Source: Akkermansia sp. (GTDB lineage Bacteria; Verrucomicrobiota; Verrucomicrobiia; Verrucomicrobiales; Akkermansiaceae). Taken from it: a stretch of 64,000 nucleotides of DNA. Numbering within the stretch: the first letter of the stretch is position 1; each line of letters opens with the position of its first letter. A program made the position numbers and the translations under genes. The stretch covers positions 5,263 through 69,262 of the forward strand of contig JAZLDM010000017.1 of NCBI GenBank assembly GCA_045614705.1, read 5' to 3'. This document shows positions 1 through 10,200 of the stretch, piece after piece. The notes beneath the pieces were generated by a model. The model searched no databases, was not told the DNA's origin, and saw only the letters and a list, made by a program, of their open reading frames with translations.

Positions 1-96
1 CAGCAGTGACAGGCAGATGTGGCGTGTTTTCATAGGAAGATGATACACGCGAAAACCCCGCCGTGTTTAATATCTGTTACTGTTCGAATGGAGCGT

Positions 97-129
97 ACAA
101 AAAAGCGCACCCACTGAGTGAGTGCGCTT
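97..129 (-). terminator. Rho-independent terminator downstream of yidC
   Basis: 8-bp stem AAGCGCAC (103-110) / GTGCGCTT (122-129). On the minus strand it is followed by TTTTG (A-run 99-104 on +), about 30 nt past the yidC stop. Confidence 0.6.
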
Positions 130-160
130 GTAAAATGTTCAGATATGCTGTGTTGGGAGC

Positions 161-2092
161 TTACTTCTTGCCGTTGTTACGCATAGCGTTCTGGCGTTTC
201 TGCTCCTCGAGTGCTTTCTGCTGCTCTTCCAACGCGCGCTGCAGGCGCTCCATCAGGCCGCCTTTCTTGGGCTGTTTCTGCTTTTTGGGATCAACCTTTT
301 CGAGGGTAGGCTGAGGCAGACGGCGGATGATGATGGTTTGGATGATGGAGATGATGTTGGTGGTGGTCCAGTACAGAGCGAGCGCGCTGGGGTAGGTGTA
401 GCAGAAGAGGAAGAACATGACGGGCATGAACTTCATGATTTTCTGCTGAGTGGGGTCACCGGCCTGCGGGGTCATCTTCATCATAGCAATCATGGAGGCA
501 GCCATGATGAAGGGCAGCACGTTGATTACGGGCTCCCAGCCCAGGATGGTGAAGGGCAGGGTGTAGACGGTGTCCATTTGCGACAAGTCGGTTACCCAGC
601 CCATGAAGGGGGCGCCGCGCAGCTCGGCCGCAGTCTGCAATACATAGAAGAATGCGAAGAAAATGGGGATTTGAAGGAACATGGGCAGGCAGCCGCCGAA
701 GGGGGAGATGCCGTATTCCTTGTACAGACGCATCATTTCCATGCTGACCTTCTGCTGGTCGTTGGGGTAGAGCTCTTTGAGCTCCTTCATCTTGGGCTGC
801 AACAGGCTCATGCGCTTCATGCTCATGTAGCTCTTGCGGTAGAGCGGCCAAATGACGAGACGCACCACGAAAGTCATGGCGACGATAGCCCAACCCCAGT
901 TACCGAACCAGTCGTGGAAGATGTTGATGAGCCAGTTCATGGGGTAGCTGATGAGGTAGAGCCAGCCGTAGTCCATGATTTGCTCAATGCGCGGGATATC
1001 CTGAGTCATGTCCTCAAGCATAAGGTTGAGCTTGGGACCGGTGAAGATGCGGTAGGACAGAGTGCGCATGCTGGGCATGCCGGGTGCCTGTGCCGCGAGA
1101 GTGAAGTCGGGTATGCCGGCGGCGATTTCCACGCCATCAACTTCCTCACCGGTAACGGGGAGCTTGTAGCGGGTGGGGGCAGCGTAGTAAGCGTTGCGGG
1201 CGCTGTCGGGCATGGGCATGACAACGGTAGAGTAGTATTGGCTCATGGTGCCGACCCACTCGAGTTTCTTGCAGTCTGTCACATAGAGACGCTGCTTGGC
1301 CGAGCCGAAGAACGAATCGAAGGAACCGCGGTTTTCTTTTTCGAAATCGCCGTTCTCGAGCATGATGTAGTGGGTGTAGATGGAGCCCTCAGAATGGTTG
1401 ATTTGGCTCATACCGCCGGCATACAGACCCCAGTTAGTTACACCGAGGGGGGTATTGCCTGTATTCCACACGCTGATATCAAGTGTGATGGTGTAAGCGT
1501 TGCCATCGGTTACTTCACCGTCTGCTTGTGTGACGGGAACGAGCTTGTAGATTTTGCGCACGGTTAAATTGCCCATGCGAGCCAACAGGCTGACCTGTTT
1601 GTCATTGGTGTTGGCCTCGTCCACTTTATAGGCAGTCTGGTCGAAGGCCGGGGCGGCGTCATTGCTCAGGCGGAACATGAGCGTGCCGATGCCCTGGGGA
1701 ACATTGCCATTGATGCTGACGTCGCCGCGCAGCTCCTCTTTCGTGCTGTTAATGGCTTGGCCGAGCATATCGACGCTCTGAATGCTGCCGCCGATGTCGC
1801 TGAAGGAGTACTTTGCCACGGGCTTACCTTGCGAATCGGTAGAAGTCAGGGTGGCAATCACCTGGGGAACCGGTGTGGCCGGGGATTCGATTGCCGGAGT
1901 CGCCGGGGTAGGTGTGGACTGTGTGTCGAGCGGCTGGGCTGTCGGAGCCGCAGGTGCCTCTGCCGGAGTGACAGGGGCAGTTTGAGCCTGCGGAGTGGCA
2001 GCAGGGGGCGGCGTTTGATTGCTCGTGTACCACCAGTTGGCGGCCAGCAGAGCAATGCATGAGCCTACTACAATTGCTGATGTTTTATCCAT
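161..2092 (-). CDS. yidC: Membrane protein insertase YidC
   Basis: 643-aa ORF with an N-terminal TM, a Pro/Ala/Thr-rich linker and a large periplasmic domain. The C-terminal Oxa1/YidC core has multiple TMs (GGCLPMFLQIPIFFAFF...) and a basic tail. Canonical rpmH-rnpA-yidD-yidC order. Confidence 0.95.
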   Translation of the reverse strand: MDKTSAIVVGSCIALLAANWWYTSNQTPPPAATPQAQTAPVTPAEAPAAPTAQPLDTQSTPTPATPAIESPATPVPQVIATLTSTDSQGKPVAKYSFSDIGGSIQSVDMLGQAINSTKEELRGDVSINGNVPQGIGTLMFRLSNDAAPAFDQTAYKVDEANTNDKQVSLLARMGNLTVRKIYKLVPVTQADGEVTDGNAYTITLDISVWNTGNTPLGVTNWGLYAGGMSQINHSEGSIYTHYIMLENGDFEKENRGSFDSFFGSAKQRLYVTDCKKLEWVGTMSQYYSTVVMPMPDSARNAYYAAPTRYKLPVTGEEVDGVEIAAGIPDFTLAAQAPGMPSMRTLSYRIFTGPKLNLMLEDMTQDIPRIEQIMDYGWLYLISYPMNWLINIFHDWFGNWGWAIVAMTFVVRLVIWPLYRKSYMSMKRMSLLQPKMKELKELYPNDQQKVSMEMMRLYKEYGISPFGGCLPMFLQIPIFFAFFYVLQTAAELRGAPFMGWVTDLSQMDTVYTLPFTILGWEPVINVLPFIMAASMIAMMKMTPQAGDPTQQKIMKFMPVMFFLFCYTYPSALALYWTTTNIISIIQTIIIRRLPQPTLEKVDPKKQKQPKKGGLMERLQRALEEQQKALEEQKRQNAMRNNGKK

Positions 2093-2116
2093 AAATTTGT
2101 TGTATTGGGGGTAGAT

Positions 2117-2374
2117 TCAGTGGGGTGAACGCTTGTTTTTTGCGGGTGGAACCGGGTCGTGTCCGCAGCCACCCCAAGGGTTACAGCGCAGAATTCGCCA
2201 TATACCCAAGGCTGCGCCTTTGAAGGCGCCATGTTCTTCAACGGCTTGTATGAAGTAGGTTGAGCAGCTGGGGGTAAATCGACAGCCTGACCCCGGGCCG
2301 GCCAGTATATGCAGCGGGCGGCTCAGGTAGCGCTTGTAGAACAGCACCGGCAAAATGAGAAGTTTTTTAAGCAT
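2117..2374 (-). CDS. yidD: Membrane protein insertion efficiency factor YidD
   Basis: 85-aa ORF with YidD-type Cys pattern ([10 protein letters not shown] ... [17 protein letters not shown]). Overlaps the rnpA stop by 8 nt and lies directly upstream of yidC. Confidence 0.9.
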   Translation of the reverse strand: MLKKLLILPVLFYKRYLSRPLHILAGPGSGCRFTPSCSTYFIQAVEEHGAFKGAALGIWRILRCNPWGGCGHDPVPPAKNKRSPH

Positions 2375-2738
2375 CCGGTGTGGTGGGGCAATTCATTCTT
2401 TTTTGCAGACGTGCCAGCAGCTTGAGAAAATCTTTCTCCAATCCTGAATAGTCGGTCATGGCAGCGCGGTTTCGCACGATGATGACGACATAGAGTCCGG
2501 CTGAAATCGGTGTGCCATGCGCGCGCAGAATCTCGCGCACTCGCCTGCGCAACAGGTTACGCACGACTGCGTGCCCAATGCGCTTAGTGGTAATGATACC
2601 AAAACGCGAATGCTCCCCTGCGATGGGCAGGGGGGCAGTACTCAGAATGAGGAAACGCCCTGCTTCAGAATGTCCAGCTTGGCGCACCATGGCGAACTCT
2701 GAGGCTCGCTTCATGGTGTTATTGCGCTTGAGCTGCAT
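2367..2738 (-). CDS. rnpA: RNase P protein component (start uncertain: ATG 2738 or 2714; the ORF track extends to a TTG at 2828)
   Basis: Core [27 protein letters not shown] matches the RnpA RNR motif region. Position is immediately downstream of rpmH. Typical RnpA length favours the internal ATGs. Confidence 0.85.
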   Translation of the reverse strand: MQLKRNNTMKRASEFAMVRQAGHSEAGRFLILSTAPLPIAGEHSRFGIITTKRIGHAVVRNLLRRRVREILRAHGTPISAGLYVVIIVRNRAAMTDYSGLEKDFLKLLARLQKRMNCPTTPDA

Positions 2739-2824
2739 CTTACAACAGGACGTTGCTATTGCTGTGCCGGATGTCGGAGTGCAAACAGTTGAGAACTGCC
2801 TGTTCGCCGACATCGGTCGCCTTA

Positions 2825-3010
2825 TCAAACACCGTGCTGAACGGTGTGGCGCTTGTAGTGGATTTCCACACCCTTGGGCAGAAGGCGCTTGCGGCCCTTG
2901 GCACGACGACGGGCGAGGATGGCACGACCATTCTTGGAAGCCATGCGTGCGCGGAAACCGAACTGGCGCTTGCGGCAGCGCTTGGAAGGCTGGTATGTTC
3001 TCTTGCTCAT
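2825..3010 (-). CDS. rpmH: 50S ribosomal protein L34 with about 17 extra C-terminal residues
   Basis: [43 protein letters not shown] is the L34 core. The ORF continues [18 protein letters not shown] to the stop at 2825. Confidence 0.92.
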   Translation of the reverse strand: MSKRTYQPSKRCRKRQFGFRARMASKNGRAILARRRAKGRKRLLPKGVEIHYKRHTVQHGV

Positions 3011-3085
3011 GATGATGTATGGTTACGTTTAGAAGTTCTTGAAGTGTGCTGTGGCCGCTGCACGCGGTCGGGGTCAGCTATGATA

Positions 3086-3116
3086 CTCAAAAATCGGTGC
3101 TTGTCAAGCACCGATT
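3086..3116 (-). terminator. Rho-independent terminator of lpxC-fabZ
   Basis: Perfect 11-bp stem AATCGGTGCTT (3092-3102) / AAGCACCGATT (3106-3116) with a 3-nt loop. On the minus strand a T-run follows (A-run 3089-3093 on +). Confidence 0.75.
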
Positions 3117-3152
3117 CTTGATTTTTGCGATTTTTCTGCAAAAAGAGCTGCA

Positions 3153-4469
3153 TCAGGCGTCTGCTACCATGAATTTAAGTTCAGCTTCGCATGTGACTTC
3201 GCCATTCACAAGGCAGCGGGCATTGCATACGCCGATGGCACCGCGCATCTTGGTGAGTTCAGCTTCGATGATGAGCACATCGCCGGGCTCTACAGGCTTG
3301 CGCCATTTAACCTTGTCGCAGCTCATGAAGTAGCCAATCTTACCCTGATTTTCGGGCAGGCGCAGCATGAGGATGGAGCCCACCTGAGCCATAGCTTCCA
3401 GCTGCAGCACACCGGGCATCACCGGCTTGCCGGGGAAGTGACCCTGGAAGAACTGCTCGTTCATGGTGACGTTCTTCTGACCCACGCACTTGGTATCGCC
3501 CTCGAAGCCGAGCACACGGTCGACCATGAGGAAGGGATAGCGGTGCGGCAGAAGTTTGATGACTTCACATGTGTCGAGCACAGTGTCGCCGGAGGGGAAG
3601 ATGAAGGGCTTGGGTTTGAGCGCCTCCATGCTGTCGAATTTCTTTTGCAGGGCAGAGGCCATCTGGGTATTGATACCGTGGCCGGGCATGATGGCGATAA
3701 CGTGGCCGAGGATGCGGTGGCCGTTGAGAATGAGGTCGCCCACCATGTCCATTGCTTTGTGGCGAGCGCATTCGTTGTGGAAGCGCAGGCCGCCGGCGCA
3801 GATGTACTGGTCGCCCTTAATAACAATGGCGTTGTCGAGTGTGCCACCTTGAATCAGCCCTTTGTCGAGCAGGGGCTGTACATCTTCGTAGAAGCAGAAG
3901 GTGCGTGCCGTGGAGAACTCTTTTTCGTAGGTCTCGGGGTTGACCTCGCTGGTGAAGTATTGGGTTACGCGCCCCTCCGGTCCCACGGCGGTAACGGACA
4001 CGCGGAACTTCTTGTCGGGCATGATGATGATTCGGCTGCCGTTCTTGTTTTCTACCTGAATGGGCTCGCGGATTTCCCAGATGTGGCAGGGAGCGTCCTG
4101 CTCCTCAATGCCGGCTTGCTTAATAAGCTCAACGTAGGGGGAAGCGGAGCCATCGCCGATGGGGGGCTCATTGCTGTCCATCTCGATGATGGCGTTGTCC
4201 ACCCCCATGCCGGTAAGGGCGGAGAGGATGTGCTCGACTGTGTGAACCTTTACGGAGCCCTCAGCCAAGGTGGTAGCGCGCTCTACAGTCTGAACTTTGG
4301 CGGCAGACGCATCGATAAAGGGCTTATCGGGCAGGTCTATGCGTCTGAACTTCAGACCGGTATTGACCTCTGCCGGTTTGATGGTGAGGTTGACGGGCAG
4401 ACCCGTGTGAAGCGATGTGCCCTTGATGGAGGCACACTTCTTTAGTGTTCGTTGCATCTGAATAGCCAT
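3153..4469 (-). CDS. lpxC-fabZ: Bifunctional UDP-3-O-acyl-GlcNAc deacetylase / 3-hydroxyacyl-ACP dehydratase (LpxC-FabZ fusion)
   Basis: 438 aa. The N-terminal half is LpxC-like (IKGTSLHTGLPVNLTIKPA..., HTVEHILSAL, GHVIAIMPGH). The C-terminal part is FabZ hot-dog (LPHRYPFLMVDRV...FFQGHFPGKPVMPGVLQLEAMAQ). Confidence 0.93.
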   Translation of the reverse strand: MAIQMQRTLKKCASIKGTSLHTGLPVNLTIKPAEVNTGLKFRRIDLPDKPFIDASAAKVQTVERATTLAEGSVKVHTVEHILSALTGMGVDNAIIEMDSNEPPIGDGSASPYVELIKQAGIEEQDAPCHIWEIREPIQVENKNGSRIIIMPDKKFRVSVTAVGPEGRVTQYFTSEVNPETYEKEFSTARTFCFYEDVQPLLDKGLIQGGTLDNAIVIKGDQYICAGGLRFHNECARHKAMDMVGDLILNGHRILGHVIAIMPGHGINTQMASALQKKFDSMEALKPKPFIFPSGDTVLDTCEVIKLLPHRYPFLMVDRVLGFEGDTKCVGQKNVTMNEQFFQGHFPGKPVMPGVLQLEAMAQVGSILMLRLPENQGKIGYFMSCDKVKWRKPVEPGDVLIIEAELTKMRGAIGVCNARCLVNGEVTCEAELKFMVADA

Positions 4470-4589
4470 ATCGTGACTATATACTACACGCTTTTTATTG
4501 GTTTGTGAAGCTAAAAATGCTGTGTTAGCGAATAATATTGGAGCGGACTTTACAAAACGGCAAAAAAAAATGAAATGGCGCGATTTTGC

Positions 4590-4617
4590 TTGCCATTCTG
4601 AGAAAAGGTAGTAGAAT
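4590..4617 (+). promoter_or_regulatory. Sigma70-like promoter of the permease gene (leadered)
   Basis: TTGCCA (4590-4595), 16-nt spacer, TAGAAT (4612-4617). ATG at 4666. Confidence 0.35.
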
Positions 4618-4665
4618 AGTCGCCCCTACGCGCGAGTGCGCGTATGGGTGCAACTATATACGGAT

Positions 4666-5967
4666 ATGGAACTGAATTTTACGACATACGCGGCAATAGC
4701 GGTATTTTTGATTACCTATGCGCTGATAGTATCTGAGCAAATGCACCGAACGGTAACGGCTCTGTGTGGTGCCATGTTGATGGTGGTGCTGGGGCTTATT
4801 ACCCAAGAGCAGGCGATTGAATGCATAGATTTCAATACTCTGGCGCTGTTGGTCGGTATGATGATTCAGGTGCTGATATTGAGCCGCACCGGCTTGTTCC
4901 GCTATTTGGCGGTAAGTGCTGCCCAGCGCGCAAAGGGCAATCCGAAAGCACTGCTGGTGAGTTTGTCTATCATTGTTGCGGTATGTTCTGCCTTGCTGGA
5001 CAACGTGACCACGGTGCTACTCACTGTGCCTATCAGTTTTACCTTGGCGAAAGATTTGCGGATATCGCCTATGCCCTTTGTGATGGCACAAATTTTTGCG
5101 TCCAATATCGGTGGAACGTCGACCATGATTGGCGACCCTCCCAACATCATGATTGCCAGTGCTGTGAAAGAGCTTGATTTCATGGCCTTTATTACCAATC
5201 TGGCATTGCCCTGTGTGGTTATTTTTGTTATCACTGTAGCGTTGCTGTTGTTTGTGTTCCGTCGGCAGTTGGTGTGCGATTCCAAGGTGCAGCAGCGCAT
5301 TATGAAAATTAAGACGGATGGGCTTATTCGCAGTAAACCCCTGTTGGATAAGTGCTTGTTTACCCTAGTTGTTACTATTTTGCTTTTCTGCCTACACGGT
5401 CAATTCCCGGGGTGGAGTTTGGAGAGCGGTACAGTGGCGGTGTTGGGAGCCTCCTTGCTCATGTTGCTGACTATGCCTCGCCGTGAGAAAATGCTGGAAC
5501 TTGTATTTTCGAAGGTTGAGTGGACCACCATATTCTTTTTCATCGGGCTCTTTGTATTGGTTGGTGGTTTAGAGGTGAATGGTATCATAAAGTGGCTCGC
5601 TGCCGGTACCTTGGAATTGACCGGTGGAGATCACACGGTGACAACGCTTTCCATACTCTGGCTCAGTGCCATCATGTCAGCCTTTGTTGACAATATACCA
5701 TTTGTTGCCACCATGATACCGCTTATTCAGGATATGGGGGCTATGGGGTACAGTAATTTAGAGCCGCTGTGGTGGGCTCTTTCATTGGGTGCTTGTCTGG
5801 GCGGAAACGGTACGGTAATAGGTGCCAGCGCAAATGTAGTTGCACTTTCGCTCGCTCGCAAGCAAAACCTGGTTGTTACGTTCTGGGGATTCATGAAGGT
5901 AGCATTCCCGCTCATGATTCTTTCCATCGTGATTGCGAGTGTTTATTTGTACCTGTTTTACCTGTAA
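4666..5967 (+). CDS. ArsB/NhaD-superfamily anion permease (CitMHS/YbiR-like)
   Basis: Polytopic membrane protein with the two-fold repeat typical of ArsB/NhaD permeases (GDPPNIMIAS..., GACLGGNGTVIGASANVV). The ORF track starts at GTG 4636; the first ATG is 4666. Confidence 0.8.
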   Translation: MELNFTTYAAIAVFLITYALIVSEQMHRTVTALCGAMLMVVLGLITQEQAIECIDFNTLALLVGMMIQVLILSRTGLFRYLAVSAAQRAKGNPKALLVSLSIIVAVCSALLDNVTTVLLTVPISFTLAKDLRISPMPFVMAQIFASNIGGTSTMIGDPPNIMIASAVKELDFMAFITNLALPCVVIFVITVALLLFVFRRQLVCDSKVQQRIMKIKTDGLIRSKPLLDKCLFTLVVTILLFCLHGQFPGWSLESGTVAVLGASLLMLLTMPRREKMLELVFSKVEWTTIFFFIGLFVLVGGLEVNGIIKWLAAGTLELTGGDHTVTTLSILWLSAIMSAFVDNIPFVATMIPLIQDMGAMGYSNLEPLWWALSLGACLGGNGTVIGASANVVALSLARKQNLVVTFWGFMKVAFPLMILSIVIASVYLYLFYL

Positions 5968-5981
5968 AGGGACTTTTTGAT

Positions 5982-6021
5982 AAAAAAATCCCCCGTTATC
6001 CTTAAAGGAGCGGGGGATTTT
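5982..6021. terminator. Bidirectional terminator between the convergent permease and serpin genes
   Basis: Stem AAATCCCCCG (5986-5995) / CGGGGGATTT (6011-6020), flanked by an A7 run on the left and a T-run on the right. A second CGGGGGATTT copy at 6032-6041 could form an alternative pairing. Confidence 0.65.
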
Positions 6022-6039
6022 CATATACGGACGGGGGAT

Positions 6040-7233
6040 TTACAGATTTTCCACCACGCCCATGGCGAAGGGCGCGTGGGGGGAAGAGAGGGGCATGAGG
6101 AACCAAATGAAGGGGCGGTTACAGTCGAAATTGAGTCCTGTGGCCGGTGCCGGGCGTGAATTAACGGCTGCTTGGGTGGATTCCTGCATGTTGATGCAGC
6201 AGTATTGCATGGCGGAGTTGAACGGCCATGGGGTCACTTGAGTTAATTTTTCAAAGGGGGCTGCAGAGGTGAAGAGCGCATCAATTTCGAGCGCTTTGAG
6301 GAGCAGAGTAATGTCCTGCGGCGGAGTCGCGAAATTAAGTCGGGGAAGCAGGGTGGTGCAGCTGCGGGTGGATTCTCTCAGCGCGGTTCTGATGGCGCTG
6401 AACTGCTCAGTGGTCATAGCGGCAGCCATAGGGTGAGCGCTGCTGGCGGTGGTCGGCTGTATAACGATGAGGTAACAATCGGGAGTTTCCGGCAGAGCTC
6501 GAGCGGAGCGATGTAAGCGAATAGCTGCGGCCTTCCAGCTACCTTGCGGGCACTCGGCATAGTGCTCACTATACATGCTCAAACAGCGCACTTGTGGCAT
6601 GCTGCCATTGGCATTGAAGAATGAGCTGGCCTTGGTGTCTTCGGCGCTGACTGCTATGTGCCACTGTGGGGTTATGTTGACACCGTTAATCGCTAATAAA
6701 TTTGTTTTTTCGTTGACGGTTTCGCCGTTGGCAGGAGTGCCGATATTTTTACCGAAGGCGGATTGCAGGCGTAGGTTGATTTCGCTGAAAGCCCGTGCCG
6801 GGTCGTGAGTTATAGGAACGTCGTAGACGTACATTTGGGCTAGTTCCGGGTTGAGCGAGACCGCGGAATCTGCAAAAAGATAGGCAGCAGAGGTATGATA
6901 GGCCGAGCTTTTTTGCTGTTCGGTCGGTAGTTGCAATTTTTGGATTGCCTGTTCCACCTCGGGGGTTGACAAAGGTGCCATGAGTTGCAAGAGGCTTGCA
7001 AGAGAGTCCGGGGCGAGGATGATGTTGCCTTGCGGGTTGGCAATGGTGGCAGCTTTCAACAATCGCAGGGTGAATTCATTGCTGGCGATGGGGGCTTTAT
7101 CTTGCTCCGGCTCGATGGGGGGTGCCGCCATCGGCGTTTCTTCCATCCATTGGACGAGATAGGGGTAGAGCAGTCCCATGGCGAAGGCTGCTGTCGCCAC
7201 TAGTATGATTTTTTTGATAGAGAGATTGAACAT
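6040..7233 (-). CDS. Serpin-family protein with an N-terminal membrane anchor or signal
   Basis: 397 aa. N-terminal hydrophobic helix, then the serpin-like NEFTLRLLKAA...NIILAPDSLASLLQLMAPLS. C-terminus has hinge-like ESTQAAV followed by FDCNRPFIWFL...PFAMGVVENL, matching the serpin E-GTEAAA...F-x-x-x-PF...G-V-x-NP pattern. Confidence 0.7.
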   Translation of the reverse strand: MFNLSIKKIILVATAAFAMGLLYPYLVQWMEETPMAAPPIEPEQDKAPIASNEFTLRLLKAATIANPQGNIILAPDSLASLLQLMAPLSTPEVEQAIQKLQLPTEQQKSSAYHTSAAYLFADSAVSLNPELAQMYVYDVPITHDPARAFSEINLRLQSAFGKNIGTPANGETVNEKTNLLAINGVNITPQWHIAVSAEDTKASSFFNANGSMPQVRCLSMYSEHYAECPQGSWKAAAIRLHRSARALPETPDCYLIVIQPTTASSAHPMAAAMTTEQFSAIRTALRESTRSCTTLLPRLNFATPPQDITLLLKALEIDALFTSAAPFEKLTQVTPWPFNSAMQYCCINMQESTQAAVNSRPAPATGLNFDCNRPFIWFLMPLSSPHAPFAMGVVENL

Positions 7234-10200
7234 TAGCTGTAAAGTGAAAGTTGTTCGTCTAATTTCGGCGAAGGAGTTACACGGTAACGCTCGCCCAGTT
7301 CGATGGCTGCACGGTTACCCAGTGAGTTGCGGAAGATGATGTGCACCGGGGTGCGCCCGCCGTGCTCGAGCAATATGCCCTTGATATGCTGAAGGTCGGC
7401 CATGGTGTGGCGCGCGGTATTGAGTACGATTTCGTAGTGCGTGGGTTCTTTTGATTTGCCACGGCGTGGAGCATTGGCATTGAGTAGTTCCAATCCGTTG
7501 GCCGAGACTTTTTTGCCGCCTGTTTTCTCATCCTCCGATATACGGGCACGGAACTTCACGAAACTGCCGGCCTGCAGCAGACCTTCTATTGCTGCCGCCT
7601 TGTTGTAGGAGTCGCCCCAGAGCAGTGCCTCCGTACAGCCGGTGAAGTCTTCCACCGCAATGATGGCGAATTTCTGACCACTCTTGCTCACTTTGATAGT
7701 GGCCGAGCGGAGCATGCCGGCCATTTCGTGAGCCCCCTTAATCTCATCGCTTGTGAGGTCGGGAAGCGTGCCGATGCGGGTATATTTCGGGGCATCGATG
7801 ATACCGCGCATGCTGTCGAGCGGGTTGCCGGTGAAGTAGGCGCCGGTGAGGAACTTTTCATCATCGAGGCGTTTTTCTTTCGGCCATTCCTGCAAGATAA
7901 CTTTTTCCTCAGCCGCCGAGGTCGTGTCCTCCATGGCAAAGAGAGCCATCTGCCCAACGGAGCGATCTTTGTGCACGCCGGCAGCGCCGTTCAGGCACTG
8001 TTCAATAGTCTCGAATAGCTGCGCACGGCAAACCTGCATCCAGTCAAAGGCGCCGCACTGAACCAATACTTCCAACTGATTGCGGCGAACATTCTGCGGG
8101 GGAATGCGGTAGCAGAAATCCTCCAAGCTCTTATAAGGGCCGTTGGCTTCACGCTCTTTCACGATGACTTCTACGGTATCGGAGCTCATGCTCTTAATGG
8201 AAGCCAGACCGAATCGCACGGCCAAGTGGCCGTTTGGCATAGTCTCGGGTTGGAATTTGACGGCTGAGTGATTCACGCAGGGGCCGAGTACCTCGATACC
8301 CAAGCGCGTAGCCTCTTGAATAAAGACGCCGATTTTTTCGTTGGTCGACTCGTTGGACATCAGGCCGCAAAGGAATTCCACCGGATAGTGGGCCTTCAGG
8401 TACGCGGTCCAGTAAGAAATGTGACCGTAGCAGGCTGAGTGTGATTTGTTGAAACCGTAACCGGCGAACTTCTGGATTTTGTCGAAGATTGCGTTGGCTG
8501 TTTTTTCGTCAATTTGGTTGACGTCCCAGCAGCCTTTCACGAAACGGCGGCGCTGGTCGGCCATTTCCTGCATATCTTTGTGACCCATGGCTCGGCGCAG
8601 CAAGTCTGCACCACCCAAGGTATAACCGGCCAACAGTTTGGCGGCGGCCTGCACCTGTTCTTGGTAAATCATTACGCCGTAGGTCAGGCCGGATACCGTT
8701 TCGAGTAGGGGGTGTTCGTATTCTGCCTGTTTCAACCCCTTCTTCACGGCAATCATATCATCCATGAACTGCATGGCGCCGGGGCGGTAGAGTGCCAGTA
8801 GGGCGATGATGTCTTCGATGTTGTCGATGCCGTAACGGCGGCAGGTGTCGACCATGCCGCCCGATTCGAGCTGGAATACGCCCATGGTGTCGCCACGGTT
8901 GAGCAGGGCAAAGGTTTCTTTGTCCTCAATGTCTACGGCATCGTAGCAGAAATTCGGTACACGCCAGCGTACATAGCGCTCGGCATCCTTCATCACGGTG
9001 AGAGTTTTGAGCCCGAGGAAGTCCATCTTCAGCAGGCCTGCATTGTAAATGGCGCTCATATCGCACTGGGCTACTACTTCGCCCTGCGGATTGCTCAGGT
9101 CATCTCGTGTGAGTGCCACATAATCATCCAGCGCTCGGTCACCAATCACCACACCGGCGGCGTGCATGCCTACGTTGCGCACGGTGCCTTCGAGTTTGAG
9201 CGCGTAGTCCCACACTTCGGCGTAGGTGGGGTCTTGCAGTAGATTGCGCAGGTCTTCGTTGGCATCGTAACTCTTTTTCAGTGTTACGCCGGGGCCACTT
9301 TCAATCTGCTTGGCTATTCGGTCACTGTCCGCATAGCTCAAATCGAGCACGCGCGCTACGTCCTTAATCACAGACTTAGCACCCATGGTACCATAGGTGA
9401 TGATGTGGGTCACAGCGCGTTCGCCGTATTTATGGCGCACGTAGTCAATTACCTCGGGGCGGCGGGTCTGGCAGAAGTCGATATCGATATCCGGCGGGCT
9501 CACACGTTCGGGGTTGAGGAATCGCTCGAAGATGAGGGAGAACTTGTAGGGGTCGATGTTGGTAATTTTCATGCAGTAGGCCACCAGTGAACCGGCGGCC
9601 GAACCACGGCCCGGGCCTACGGGGATATCGTGATCCTTGGCCCAGTTAATGAAGTCTGCGGTGATGAGGAAGTAGCTGGGGAAGCGGAGCATGTTAATAA
9701 TGCTCAGCTCGTAGTCCAGACGCTCGCGCAGGTCTTTGTCATTTTCCGCGCGCTCCTTACCGTAGCGCTCTTCGAGACCTTTGTAACAGATTTTGCGCAG
9801 GTATTCCTCACGGGTGGATCCATCATCGGGGGCGAACTCGGGGTAACGCTCCGTGGAGGTGGAGTCGAGTTTGATGGATGTGTTGCAACGCTCGGCAATG
9901 ATATTGGTGTTCTCGTAAGCGTCCGGGTATTCGGGGAAGAGCTCGCGCATTTCCGCCTCGCTTTTGAAGTAAACGCTGCGCGGGTAGCGCATGCGCTTGC
10001 CGTCCATGCGTTTGTTGCCGGTACCTACGCAGATGAGAATGTCGTGAGCATCGTGGTCGCTTTCGTTCAGGAAGTGAGCATCGTTTGTGACGACCAGGCC
10101 TACATCGTGCTTGCGTGCTAAGCGCACCAGTTCGGGGGTGCAGCGGCGCTCTTCTTCAATTTCGTGGTCTTGCAGTTCCACGAATACGTTGTTTTTGCCG

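Noticed and set aside
338-1567. 409-aa ORF on + inside yidC, plus similar antisense ORFs at 3438-4445, 12685-13788, 14182-15363, 30447-31694, 32840-34132, 38447-39217 and 55130-56533
   Set aside because: All lie opposite genes with strong family signatures and have Gly/Val/His/Asp-biased, motif-free translations. They are judged to be GC-driven open frames.
3011-3152. Possible oriC/dnaA region next to rpmH
   Set aside because: The spacer is only 142 nt and is occupied by the lpxC-fabZ terminator. There is no dnaA gene, no cluster of TTATCCACA-like boxes and no AT-rich unwinding element.
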